NCBI GenBank assembly: GCA_052327205.1
Contig: CM126224.1
Location: 16,120,001-16,184,000 of the forward strand
Direction: 5' to 3'
From: Somniosus microcephalus
Taxonomy: Eukaryota
DNA: 64,000 nt
Shown here piece by piece: positions 1 to 12,134 of this stretch; within the stretch, counting starts at the first letter, position 1, and every line of letters starts with the position of its first letter. The notes under the pieces were generated by a model that saw nothing but the letters and a program-made list of their open reading frames with translations, made no database searches and had not been told where the DNA came from. The position numbers and the translations under genes are program-made.

Positions 1-1831
1 ATCATCGGATCAGATCAAAGCTCTACAGTCCCCTACATCCAGTCGTGAATGGTGGTGGACCATTAAACAACTAACAGGAGGAGGAGGCTCCATGAATATC
101 CCCATCCTCAAAGATGGTGGAGCCCAGCACGTGAGGGCAAAAGACAAGGCTGAAGTGTTTGCAACCACCTTCAGCTAGAAGGGCCAAGTGGATGATCCAT
201 ATCGGCCTCCTCCTGAGGTCCCCACCACCACAGAAGCCAGTCTTCAGCAATTCGATTCACTCCATGTGATATCAAGAACTGGCTGAGCGCACTGGATACA
301 GCAAAGACTATGGGCCCCGACAAATCCTGGCCGTCATGCTGAAGACGTGCTCCAGAACTAGCCGCGCCTCTAGCCAAGCTGCTCCAGTACAGTTACAAGA
401 CTGGCATCTATCTGACATTGTAGAAAACTGCCCAGGTACGTCCTGTCCACAAAAAGCCGGACAAATCCAATCTGGCCAATTACCTCCCCATCAGTCTACT
501 CCGAATCATCAACAGAGTGATGGAAGGTGTTGTCGACAGTGCTATCAAGCGGCACTTACTCACCAACAACCTGCTCACTGATGCCCAGTTTGGGTTCCGC
601 CAGGACCACTTCGCACCAGACCTCATTACAGCCTTGGTCCAAACATGGACAGAGGAGCTGAATTCCAGAGGTGAGAGTGACTGCCCTTGACATCAAGGCA
701 TTATTTGACTGAGTGTGGCATCAAAGAGCCCTAGTAAAACTGAAGTCAATGGGAATCGGACAGGGGGTGGGGGGGTACTTTCCAATGGCTGGAGTCATAC
801 CTAGCACAAAGGAAGATGGTTGTGGTGGTTGGAGGTCAATCATTGCAGCCCCAGGACATCGTTGCAGGAGTTCCTCAGGGCAGTGTCCTAGACCCAACCA
901 TCTTCAACTGCTTCATCAATGACCTTCCCTTCAACATAAGGTCAGAAATGGGGATGTTCGCTGATGACTGCACAGTGTTCAGTGCCATTCGCAACTCCTT
1001 AGATAATGAAGCAGCCCATGCCCGCATGCAACAAAACTTGGACAACATTTAGACTTGGGCTGATAAGTGGCAGGTAACATTTGCGCCACAGAAGTGCCAG
1101 GCAATCACTGTCTCCAACAAGCGAGTGTCTAACCATCGCCCCTTGTCAGTCAACGGCATTACCATTGCCGAATCCCCCACTAACAACATTCTGGGGGTTA
1201 CCATTGACCAGAAACTTAACTGGACCAGCCACATAAATACTGTGGCAACAAGAGCAGGTTAGAGGCTAGGTATTCTGCGGCGAGTGTCTCACCTCCTGAC
1301 TCCCCAAAGCCTTTCCACCATCTACAAGGCACAAGTAAGGAGTGTGATGGAATATTCCCCACTTGCCTGGATGAGTGCAGCTCCAACAACACTCAAGAAG
1401 CTCGACACCATCCAGGACAAAGCAGCCTGCTTGATTGGCACCCCATCCACCACCTTAAACATTCACTCCCTCCACCACCGGCGTACCGTGACTGCAGTGT
1501 GTACCATCGCCAAGGCTTCTTCGGCAGCACCTCCCAAACCCGCGACCTCTTCCACCTAGAAGGGCAGCAGGCGCATGGGAACACCACCAACTCCAAGTTC
1601 CCCTCCAAGTCGCACACCATCCTGACTTGGAAATATATCACCGTTCCTTCATCGTTGCTGGGTCAAAATCCTGGAACTCCCTCCCTAACAGCGCTGTGGG
1701 AGCACCTTCACCACACGGACTGCAGCGGTTCAGGGCGGCGGCTCACCACCACCACCTCAAGGACAATTAGGGATGGGCAATAAATGCTGGCCTTGCCAGC
1801 AACGTCCAGATCCCATGAACGAATAAAAAAA
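1..1831 (+). mobile_element. Non-LTR retrotransposon (CR1/L2/Jockey-group LINE), RT and 3' end, decayed; copy 1 of 3
   Basis: RT motifs GVPQGSVLDPTIFNCFINDLP and MFADD (816-1052), C-terminal YKAQVRSVMEYSPLAW, AATAAA near 1779 and an A-rich tail. Several stops and frameshifts. Highly similar to 9968-11505 and 56279-57000. Confidence 0.93.
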
Positions 1832-1835
1832 CAAA

Positions 1836-2177
1836 CTGATAGGGTAGATAGAGAGAAACTATTTTCGCAGGTTGGGGAATCTTGGACTAGGGCACATAGC
1901 CTAAAATTTCGAGCTAGGCTATTTCAGGAGTGAAGTTAGGAAACACTGCTACACACAAAAGGTGGTAGAAGTTGGGAACTCTCTTCCGCAAATGGCAGTT
2001 GATGCTGGGTCATTTGATAATTTTAAATCTGAGCTTGATAGATTTCTGTTAACCAAAGGTATTATGGGATATAGGGCACCGGTGGGTATATATAGTTAGG
2101 TCATAGATCAGCCCTGATCTCATTGCATGGTGGTACAGGCTCGAGGGGCTACATGACCTACTCCTGTTCCTATGCAT
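1836..2177 (+). mobile_element. CR1 LINE 3' fragment
   Basis: Typical CR1 ORF2 end (GHSLK...WNSLP-like) and 3' UTR ending in ..cctactcctgttcctatg. Confidence 0.75.
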
Positions 2178-2244
2178 GAAGGTGTGATTTATACAACAGC
2201 TTTTAAAGTACACCTCCCCATACATAGTTAAAAGCACAATTAGT

Positions 2245-2701
2245 GTCGGCCGTGGCTCAGTAGGCAGCACCCTCGCCTCTGAGTCAGAAGGTTGTGGGTT
2301 CAAGCCCCGCTCCAGAGACTTGAGCACAGAAATCCAGGCCGACACTCCCAGTGCAGTGCTGAGGGAGTGCCACACTGTTGGAGGTGCCATCTTTCGAAAC
2401 CGAGGCCCCGTCTGCCCGCTCAGGTGGACATAAAAGATCCCATGGCACTATTTCCAGAAGAGCAGGGGTGTTATCCCCGGTGTTCTGGCCAATATTTATC
2501 CCTCCATCAAGATCACAAACAGATTTTTCTGGTCATTTTCACATTGCTGTTTGTGGGAGCTTGCTGTGCGCTAATTGGCCGTCGCGTTTCCCACATTAGA
2601 ACAGTGACTGCACTTCAAAAAGTACTTCATTAGCTGTAAAGCACTTTGGGACGGCCGGTGGTCGTGAAATGCGGTATATAAATGCACGTCTTTTTTCTTT
2701 C
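2245..2701 (+). mobile_element. tRNA-derived SINE, Deu-domain (SacSINE1/AmnSINE1-like)
   Basis: A box (tggctcagtagg) and B box (ggttcaagcc), central body, and an L2-type tail ..tatataaatgcacgtcttttttcttt. A partial reverse copy lies at about 58032-58262. Confidence 0.75.
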
Positions 2702-3233
2702 AATACCGCAGGTGCTTGAAAATCTCACAATGCTGGAAAGACAAGTCAGCCAGTGTCTGTCGGGAGAACAGATAGATTAAGGTTTTGGGTGTGGCCCTTC
2801 AAAACTAGAAAAATAAGAGGATAGGCATTTTAATTTAATCAGAAAAAAGGGAGGGGTTCAAATATACACATAAAAACCAAAGAGGAATCATGAGCAAAGT
2901 GATATAACCTTAGTCGCGTAATGGAGAGACCCATTAAGACATTAAAGGGGAGACCAAATGCAGATTAGATAATAACTTTGCTGAATGCCTCCGTTCTGTC
3001 CACAAATGGAGACCCAAGCTACCTGTGGCTGACAGCTTTAACTCCCCTTCCCATTCTCACTCTGACCTCGTACACTGTTCCAGTGAAGCTGAATGCAAGT
3101 TTTAAGAACAATGGAGGGAAATTCGTCCCCTTAGCGCATCCCCTATCCCCTTAACGCCAGCAGATGGCGGTAACAGGTCGCCACAGCATTATAAAGCATC
3201 ACAACTCCCCCGCCCCCCCCCCCCCCCCGCTGC

Positions 3234-3425
3234 CTGCTGAAGCAACGGTTCCGCTGCCTTGACCGCTCAAGAGGAGTCCTCCAGTCCTCGGCTGAGCAGG
3301 TGTCCCATTTCGTGGTGGTCTGCTGCATGCTCCACAACTTGGCCATCATGAGGGCCCAGCCCTTACCACCAGGGATGGTGGGACCACCTCAGGAGGAGGA
3401 GGAAGATGAGGAGGAGGAACAGTAG
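3234..3425 (+). pseudogene. Harbinger (HARBI1-like) transposase C-terminal remnant
   Basis: Manual translation LLKQRFRCLDRSRGVLQSSAEQVSHFVVVCCMLHNLAIMR...EEEEDEEEEQ* matches the LKxRFRCL...CCxLHN motif and acidic tail. Confidence 0.85.
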
Positions 3426-4838
3426 CGAGGGAGGAGGCAGCCACTCAGTCGGCCTTCCAGAAGGGCAGTGCGGTTTGAATGAATGAAACCCCAGATCCTC
3501 GTTGCTCACCACATCCCCATCATTTCATCTCTGTCACAGGCCATATCACAGAACAAAGCTGAAATGAGACACACCACAAAAAATCCAAACTGAATTAATA
3601 AATTTATCAAAAATCAGTGAACATATATTTACAACAAAAATACTGACTATTCACCCTTGTGCAACCCCTTTGTGCCTCTTGTTACTGTGCCTTTGCCTAC
3701 GCTAGTGCTCCTACGAAGTGTTGGCCCAGTGGCTGCAGCAGGGCTGGTGGAAGGCTGCTGAGTGTCCATGCGGGAGACTTCAGATGGCCTTGTGGGACGC
3801 CCTTGACCAGCTTTGGGCCTGGAAGGCCCGGCTGTAGACTGCACCAACTCAGCATGGGTAGTAGCAGTCTGGGCTGGCTGGATGACAGGCAGCGATGAGG
3901 GCAATGGCGCAGTGGTGGGAGCAGGAATGCTGTAATCCTGAGAAAGGACAGTGGGTTCCTGCTCCACTGACCCACTGCCACTCCCCCGGGGCAGTACCTC
4001 AGCATCCCTACCACTCTGTTGGAGCACAGATTGCTGGCCTGCTGTACCGTGAAAGCCCTGGTCAACGGTGGTAGACCTGGCCACGATGGCAGCAGCCCCC
4101 GAGCTACCCTTTCCCCTTGGCCTTCCTGCAGCCCACAAGTCTTCGGTGCCTCACCCTGTGCAGATCCCACTACTATACTAGCCTCTAAAGAACGCGTAGT
4201 GCCATTAGCTGAGCTGGTGCCTGCAGGTGAGACATGCAGTGTGTTCTTCCTCCTCCTCTTCTCCCACCTCACTCTCTGTGGTGCCCTCGGGGACAGGCTG
4301 CTCAGGTGCTTGCTGGTTTCCTGAAGCATAAAGGCACACGAGTCGGGTTAAGGTGAGCGGAGCGGGGCAGGAAGGGAGAAATGCATGCATACAGCATGAT
4401 TAGCTGGAAATTGCGAAAAGCCTGTGGGGTGAGGGGTAAGTGGGATGTGAGAAGAGAGAGTAGGGATGAACATACCGTTGTCCCCAAAGAGGTCAACGTC
4501 ACCCACCACCTGGCGCACAATAATCTGCAGTACTCTATTCTCCAGCGCAGACAGTGGTTGGGTGTCGGCTTGTCACCCACTTGTGCATTCCTGCTCCCTC
4601 CTGTTGTGAGCCACCTTGGTCTGCAAGAGAAAGGAAAGTGTGTGTGAGTGTGGAGCAATGTGTTTGGGTGATGTGCCTGCCATAGTTGGATAGCTGTCAT
4701 TGCGTGTGAGATGTGGGTGTGAGTGTTGGTAGGTAGAGATTGTTGGTGGATGAGTGCTGGGGGGGTGGTGCTTTGGGCAGTGTGTGAAGACTGTGGTTCA
4801 CGTGGTGGTACGTAGCATTTGTAGAAGCATTCACTAAC

Positions 4839-5081
4839 CCTGACCACCCGATTGAGGTCATTAAATTTCTTCCTGCACTGTGTGGGGGCCCTGGGGACCA
4901 CAGTGTTGCCCGAGACGTGCTGCACTACCTCCCTCCACATGGTGCGGCAGACTTGCAGCAAGGGCTTCCTGCCACTTGCCGGGTAGAGCACTGCCCTCCA
5001 TCTCGCCACAGCGAACACCACTGCCTCCAATGCTTGTTCGCAGAATCTGCGGGCTCTCTCCCTGGGGCGTGGATCTGCCAT
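4839..5081 (-). pseudogene. Harbinger ORF2 Myb/SANT-like (NAIF1/MSANTD-type) DNA-binding protein, exon 1
   Basis: MADPRPRERARRFCEQALEAVV...WREVVQHVSGNTVVPRAPTQCRKKFNDL followed by a GT donor at 4838-4837. The next exon starts at 4620 (ttctcttgcag|TKVAHNRREQECTSG*) and contains a premature stop. Confidence 0.8.
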
Positions 5082-5644
5082 GAGTACAGCTTTTTGAGTC
5101 CTCCAGTTCCTTCTCCTTGACGACCTGCTGCTTGCTGAGGCAGCTGCACAGCCAACAATACTGGGCATGAGGTTCTGCAGCATCAGTGAAGCTCCCCTTT
5201 AAGAACTGGAAAAAGCCTGTGACAATCATGACTTGCGATTAGACTGCACCTGATATTGGTCTACCCTTTGAGTGTAACGCCAATGAGCTTTGGGCTTTAA
5301 AACTTGAATTCGGAATCCAATCATTTTTTTGAGCAGTGAGCACAAATTTTGCATGCAGTCTGAAGCATTAGTGCCTGGCACTACTACTCCAACTTTTTTA
5401 ATGACACCGCCCATTCCTGGGCTAAAATGAATTTCTAGCCCAATGTCTCATACTCTAGGCACTCTCCAACCCTCTGGTCTAAGCATTGACTTAAATAACT
5501 TAAGACTTGAGCTGTGTCCTCATTTTCAAACCTGTTTTAATTCCACGCCTGTTTTAATTCCACACCTGACCACTAGGTTTTCCATTTCATTCATTTTCTT
5601 GTATTTTTCCAGGCCTCCCACTTCCTTTGTTATTTACACACACT

Positions 5645-6312
5645 GGGGGAAAAATTCAGTATCGCCCCATTTGGGGCGCCATTATCGGCCGTGCGCAAAG
5701 TTTAGCGCCTGGCGCTAATTATCGCCTCTGACAGCAAACTTGGCTTTTATCGCCCCTGGAGGTGATTGGAGCGCTAAATCAGACGCTTCACACCTGCCTT
5801 AAGGCGCAAAGGCTGAGCAGCGAGGCGCTACCTCAGAGCACTGGCAAAGCAAGGAAGGGCAAATCAAAGTGAACCTGCAAAGTGCTGCTCAGTACCTAAA
5901 ACCCCTTCACACAGCGTTGAATCTCTCCAGAAGTCGCTCTCTCTCTCTCAGAATGCGTGGTGCAAAAATGTCACCAACAAAAAAAGGCAGGAAGCGGTCA
6001 CCTTTAAATAGCGCTCCCCCAGTCCCTTTCTGACTGCAAAACGCTCCCCTCAACCTGTCGTTGCTAGCGGCAGGCGGTAAGGCGGGGGCGCCACTCAGTA
6101 TCCGGTCCCAGGCGCTACCGGGGCGTTGCGCACTCGACTGACGCCATGATCTTCCGGTGCAGGAGATCGTGACGGTAGTGTTTAGTGCCGCTGCAAAATG
6201 TCTAGTTAATTTTGCAAGCGGCGCAAATATCATATCGCCGCGCCCGGGCGCTAGTTGCTTAGCGCCCTCTTAAGGCGCTAACGGGAGGCGCAAACAACTG
6301 AATTTTTCCACC
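5645..6312. mobile_element. Non-autonomous Harbinger-type MITE, CpG-rich
   Basis: 16-bp TIR gggggaaaaattcagt / actgaatttttccacc (1 mismatch) and ACT TSD at 5642-5644 and 6313-6315. Confidence 0.85.
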
Positions 6313-6639
6313 ACTGTCTCTCTAAAGTCTTAATGTTTCCGTCCATTACTTGACTGAGGTTAATCATTCCACTCATGATTTCTTTCTGGGTTTGTCTTTT
6401 TTAAAGAATATATCTTCCCCAACCACCCACCCTTGCAACCCCTTTTCTGATTGTATTAGCACACCTGTCTGCTTCTTAGTTTTCAGTCTTGAAGATGAAT
6501 CCACACAAAACATTAACTTGTCTGTTTTCCCCCATGGATGCTGACTGACCTGTGTTTTTGCAGCATTTTTGTTCTCCATACTTAATTACCTGGTACAACG
6601 TTTATCGGACTAGTCTGTTGCTTAAATATTATAACATAT

Positions 6640-7070
6640 TACATAGAATTACCCAGACTACAGCTCAAACAGGCCATTCGGCCCAACTGGTCGATGCCGG
6701 TGTTTATGCTCCACACGAGCTTCCTCCCATCCCATTTCATCTAACCCTATCGGCATACCCTTCTTTCCCTTTCTCCTGTATGTGCTTATCTAGCTTCCCC
6801 TTAAATGCATCTATGCTATTTGCCTCAAATACTCCTTGTGGTAGTAAGTTCCACATTCTTACCACTCTTTGGGTAAAGAAGTTTCTCCTGAATTCCCTAT
6901 TGGATTTATTTGGTAACTATCTTGTATTTATGGTCCCTAGTTTGGGTCTCCCCCACAAGTGGAAATATCTTCTCGATGTCTACCCCAGCGAACCCTTTCA
7001 TAATCTTAAAGACCTCTATCAGGTCACCCCTCAGCCTTCTCTTTTCTAGAGGAAAGAGCCCCAGCCGTTC
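6640..7070 (-). mobile_element. CR1 LINE 3' end
   Basis: Reverse complement of the CR1 tail (gggccgaatggcctgtt) and of the RVVRMWNLLP-type ORF2 end. Confidence 0.85.
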
Positions 7071-7787
7071 CTGCTAAGAGACTATTGCAGAGAGTATAGC
7101 TTTTTTTTAGGCTGTGGTAATCATAATTTCCCATGCAAAATGATTTTCTTTTCTTCAGTGTTGTAGCTGGATTTCAGTTGTTTCATGTTGCAGTGTATTT
7201 TGTTGTGAACTTCCTCCAATCAATTAGCAATGCTTTTGATGAGTTTTATCAGCTGGGCTACTGGATGATTTACTTGACTCAAATGCTGTATTTTATATTG
7301 GAAAGGAAACATTGACCTAGTTCATCTCAGTGACAAATTTTGTGATGAAATCTCACGCTTTCTGCTTGCTTGCCTTCACAACTGAAGGGCAAATACATGA
7401 AAACAATGAGCTGTTAAAGAAAGGATGCCTGCGGGAGGAGTCAAAACTTGTAATCTGTCATCTGACTAATAACACAAAATGGAATATCTAAGGCCTTGCT
7501 GTCATATCCTTTTCATAAGGAACTTCCTTTTTATCATCAAACCGTCTTTGTCCGCATTGCACCTTATTGTGTAACCTCATCTTTCTTTCTTTGTGCTCAT
7601 CCCATATTTTTTGTTGATTTACTGTATATAACGGGAGTTCCAATGTACAGGATGATGAATTTTCATGTAATTCATTGCAACAAGTAAACTGTGTTACTTA
7701 AGGTGTTACATAACAAATTCAATACACTTAAGGTCCTGCATCATTAATCCAGTATCTTTAAGGTTGTGCTGCACTCTAGTATTCCCT

Positions 7788-8418
7788 TACAACAACTTGT
7801 ATTTATATAGCGCCTTTAACGTAGTAAAACATCCCAAGGTGCTGCACAGGAGTATATTAAGACAAAAAATTTGACACCGATCCACAAGGATAGATTAGGG
7901 CAGGTGACCAAAAGCTTGGTCCAGGAGGTAGGTTTTAAGGAGAGTCTTAAAGGAGGAAAGAGGTAGCGAGGCGGAGAGGTTTCGGCAGGGAATTCCAGAG
8001 CTTCGAGCCTAGGCAACAGAAGGTGAATACAGAGATGGGAAGGGGCGAGGCCATGGAGGGATTTGAAAACCAGGATGAGAATTTTGAAATCGAGGCGCTG
8101 CTTAACCGGGAGCCAATGTAGGCCAGCGAGCACTGGGGAGATGGGCGAACGGGACTTGGTGCGAGTTAGGGCACGGCAGCCGAGTTTTGGATGACCTCAA
8201 GTTTATGTAGGGTGGAATGTGGGAGGCAAGCCAAGGAGTGTGTTGGAATAGTCAAGTCTAGAGGTAACAAAGGCATGGATGAGGGTTTCAGCAGCGGGTG
8301 GGCTGAGGCAAGGGCGGAGACGGGCGATGTTATGGAGGTGGAAGTAGACGGTCTTTGTTGTGTTGCGGATATGTGGTTGGAAGCTCATTTCAGGGTCAAA
8401 TATGACACCAAGGTTGTG
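7788..8418 (-). mobile_element. L2 LINE 3' end
   Basis: LGVIFDPEMSF...LIHAFVTSRLDYSN and LHWLPVKQRLDFKIL motifs; tail ..gcgctatataaatacaagttgttgt on the - strand. Confidence 0.9.
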
Positions 8419-9019
8419 ATATAGAACCAAGGTTCTATCACAAAATTGATACTCTTTAATATCTAATGTGCCATTTTTTTCAGGCATGGGTGGCTGCAAC
8501 CCCATTAATAGGGGTAAATAAAACACACAGGATTAATTTTGAAAGAACAGTTCCAGTAAGGTCAAGTTTAATTACTGACAGAATTTCCCTTTTAAATTTG
8601 TCTCTACAGAAATTGTGTGGATCTAATCAGGGCTCTGTTGGATCTACTTTTCATGTTTATCCAATGTGAACAAATCCACAGTTGTTACATTAGTGAAAAA
8701 TAAATGCACATTGATGAAAGTCACTGTTTAGCAATTTACCAGTATACCACAAGACATAAAACTCATGATCATTGCAAAGTATCTATTTTTTGCTGTCATC
8801 AGAACTGTAAAGCATGATGATCACGAGAGAAATGAAGACCATTATAAAACAAAGCAGGGGTTGACCTTTTTTATTTTGTGGGCATACTTGTTTTAGGACT
8901 GATGTTGTTAAAATATTCTCAAGGCCTGCAGTTGGTGGCGCAGCACCTTGGCACATCAACATGTAATGCTGTGGAGTGGTGGGATGCGATTTGATCACCC
9001 ATCCCACTCATTACTGAAG

Positions 9020-9392
9020 GGAGGCACTGAGCAGGGGCAAGGAAACTTGGAGGGGTTCTTGACAACAATCTGCTCTCACTTTCCTCCTTATGTTCAGCTC
9101 ATATGGCATCAGAAGAGTCCAGAGACAATGCCAGTTACTTGATCACACAGGAGCGCACACGCAGGAGTGCCAACACAGGCACACACCAGCAGAGGTTCAC
9201 TGAATAGCAGTCGGGAATTCTGGCTGATTTTCCCCTCCCACCCCAACACGTTGATGCCAATTGTAGTGCCAGCAACAGCTGCCCAGCTGAAATCACCTAA
9301 CTTCGCACAGACCTTGGGCGTGAACCCGGGAGCCTCTGGTTTCTGTGGCTAAGTACGATAACCACATTGTGCATTTACCTACTATGCCATTA
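9020..9392 (-). mobile_element. Old tRNA-derived SINE (multi-copy family in this window)
   Basis: A/B-box-like head on the - strand. Similar diverged copies occur at about 11715-12060 (+), 37740-37985 (+), 58850-59200 (-), 59750-60090 (+) and 62990-63100 (-). Confidence 0.55.
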
Positions 9393-9967
9393 GGCAAGTG
9401 GAAATCCTGATTTTTCAGTTGCTAGTGGAATTGTTTTCTGTAACTACACTATAGTTTAGCTTGAAACAGATGACTAGCCATCAGCAATAACTTACTTTAA
9501 ATACATGCCTGCTGAATACTTAGATCATTGCAAGCTTCTAATTCATTAATGTGATTTTCATTTATTTAAATTCTCTACATCGCTAACGTGTTGGTCTGTT
9601 ACTTATGGAAATGTGGGAGGTCTGTTCGATTCATGGGGATGCAGCCAAAGCCAGGCGCAGGAAACAAAACCTAAACAGAATCAGGACGATAAGATATGGG
9701 AGAAGATTTGATTGTACTTTATGGCAGCAAGCCCAGAAAAGGGATGCTTCCAGTTGATGCATGATGCTGTAACAGAGATACACAATGACCCCTCATTTGT
9801 GCCACCTCAGATGTGAAAAAATGTATTCATTCTTTGGATAGGTTTGTAGCACAATCTGTTTCTTCGTAATGGTTACTGTTTTTCAAATTATTTTGTATAT
9901 CACGTATTTGAGGTGAACTGAGTTATATAAAGTTGATTTGTAAAATAAATTAACGCAATAAGAAATA

Positions 9968-11505
9968 AGCAGGCTATGGGCCCCGACAACATCCCGGCTG
10001 TAGTGCTGAAGACTTGTGCTGCAGAACTAGCCGTGCCTCTAGCCACGCTGTTCCAGTGCAGATACAATAGTGGCATCTAACTGACAAAGTGGAAAATTCC
10101 CCAGGTGTGTCCGGTCCACGAAAAGCAGAACAATCCAATCGGCCAATTACCGCCCCATCAGTCTACTCTCAATCATTAGCAAATTGATGGAAGCTGTTGT
10201 CAACAGTGCTCTCAGGCGGCACTTAGTCACCAATAACCTGCTCACCGATGCTCATTTTGGGTTTCACCAGCACCACTTTGCTCCAGACCTGATTACAGCC
10301 TTGGTCCAAACAAGGACAAAGTGGAGAGTTCCAGGTGAGGTGAGAGTGACTGCCCTTGACATCAGCAGCTTTTGACCGAGTGTGGTATCAAGGAGCCCTA
10401 GTAAAATTGAAGTCCATGGGAATCGGGGAAAAGGCTCCACTGGCTAGAATCATACCAAGCATAAAGGAAGATGGTTGTGGCCAATCATTTCAGCCCCAGG
10501 ACATCGCTGCAGGAGTTCCTCAGGGCAGTGTCCTAGGCCCAACCATCTTCAGCTGCTTCATCAATGACCTTCCCTCCATCATAAGGTCAGAAGTGGAGAT
10601 GTTCGCTAATGATGGCACAGTGTTCAGTTCCATTTGCAACTCCTCAGATAATGAAGCAGTCTGTGCACGCATGTAGCAAGACCTGGACAACATTCAGGCT
10701 TGCGCTGATAAGTGGCAGGCAACATTTGTGCCATATAAGTGCCAGGCAATGGCCATCTCCAACAAGAGAAAGTCTAACCACCTCCCCTTGACATTCAATG
10801 GCATTACCATCACGAATCCCCCACCATCAACATCCTGGGGGTCACCATTGACCAGAAACTTAACTGGACCAGCCACATAAATACTGTGGCTACAAGAGCA
10901 GGTTAGAGGCTAGGTATTCTGTGACGAGTGACTCACCACCTGACTCCCCAAAGCCTTTCCACCATCTACACGGCACAAGTAAGGAGTGTGATGGAATACT
11001 CTCCACTTGCCTGGATGAGTGCAGCTCCAACAACACTCGAAGCTTGACACCATCCAGGACAAAGCAGTCCGCTTGATGGGCACCCCATCCACCACCTTAA
11101 ACATTCACTCCCTCCACCACCGGCGTACCGTGGCTGCAGTGTGTACCATCTACAAGATGCACTGCAGCAACTCGCCAAGGCTTCTTCGGCAGCACCTCCC
11201 AAACCTGTGACCTCTACCACCTAGAAGGACATGGGCAGCAGGCGCATAGGAACACCACCACCTTCAAGTTCCTCTCCAAGTCACACACCATCCTGACTTG
11301 GAAATATATCGGCCGTTCCTTCATCATCGCTGGGTCAAAATCCTGGAACTCCCTCCCTAACAGCACTATGGGAGTACCTCCACAACACGGACTGCAGCGG
11401 TTCAAGAAGGTGGCTCACCACCACCTTCTCGGGTAATTAGGGATGGGCGATAAATGCTGGCCTTGCCAGCGATGCTCATATCCAGTCAATGAATAAAAAA
11501 AAAAG
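9968..11505 (+). mobile_element. 5'-truncated LINE, same family as 1-1831 (copy 2)
   Basis: AFDRVW, GVPQGSVLGPTIFSCFINDLP, AATAAA and poly(A) at about 11495-11504. Confidence 0.93.
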
Positions 11506-11714
11506 ATTGCTACAGAAAACAATTCAGGCTGGACATGTGCACTTTTTGAAGAGTCTCTGTTTGATATCCCTTTTGATAGTTTTGGTGGAAACGAACTGAA
11601 ATCATCTGTGTGCCATTTTTATCTTAATTACATCTTCCAGAAGTGACCAGATGAAACATTTTGATGATGTCATTGTGTTTGTAAAAATTACATTTTGGAA
11701 TGCCCCTCAATCGG

Positions 11715-12060
11715 CTTGAGTGTCATGCAGACCAGGAAGGCCCCAGGTTCGAACCCTAGACCATGCTGAGCTAGGTGATCTCAGTTGTGGCGTGAGTGGG
11801 TGAGTTTGCTTGATCTGGGCATCCTGGGCTAGAGAAGGAATGAATAAGCCAGGGACCCCTCTTCTGATCATGATCCAGTGATCTTTGCAAGTGCACAGAT
11901 GTGGATGTCAGCACAGCATAGGAATGGGCTGTCCAAGTGGAATGGTCTGCTGACGCTCACTAGCTAAGTTCACACGTGAAGAGCAGGCGTAAGGGCAAGT
12001 TATTCGAACACTACCAGATTCATAACCCTGCATGAAACAGCTCCTTGGGGAGAAAATTGG
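11715..12060 (+). mobile_element. Old tRNA-derived SINE copy
   Basis: B box ggttcgaacc at about 11746; body similar to 59750-60090. Confidence 0.5.
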
Positions 12061-12134
12061 AAATATTTAAAGAAAATTAATTTATTGACCATTTAAAATG
12101 GTAATTTTCCGGAACCGGTGACATTCATGGCTCC

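Larger units (their letters stand above)
3113..5441. mobile_element. PIF/Harbinger-superfamily DNA transposon, internally deleted
   Basis: Imperfect TIRs ggagggaaattc / gaatttctagccc and AAT TSD (3110-3112, 5442-5444). Carries a convergent transposase remnant (+) and Myb/SANT gene (-). Confidence 0.85.
2703..6575 (+). mobile_element. Penelope-like element relic, split by two DNA transposon insertions
   Basis: GIY-YIG-type C-terminal remnant (LPVADSFNSPSHSHSDL, about 3018-3068) resumes after the Harbinger insertion as LGTLQPSGLSIDLNNLR (about 5455-5505). Related terminal repeat segments are inverted at about 2705-2810 and 6480-6575. Confidence 0.65.

Noticed and set aside
2245-2320. tRNA gene
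   Set aside because: The A/B boxes continue into a SINE body and LINE-like tail, and there is no complete cloverleaf or immediate poly-T terminator.
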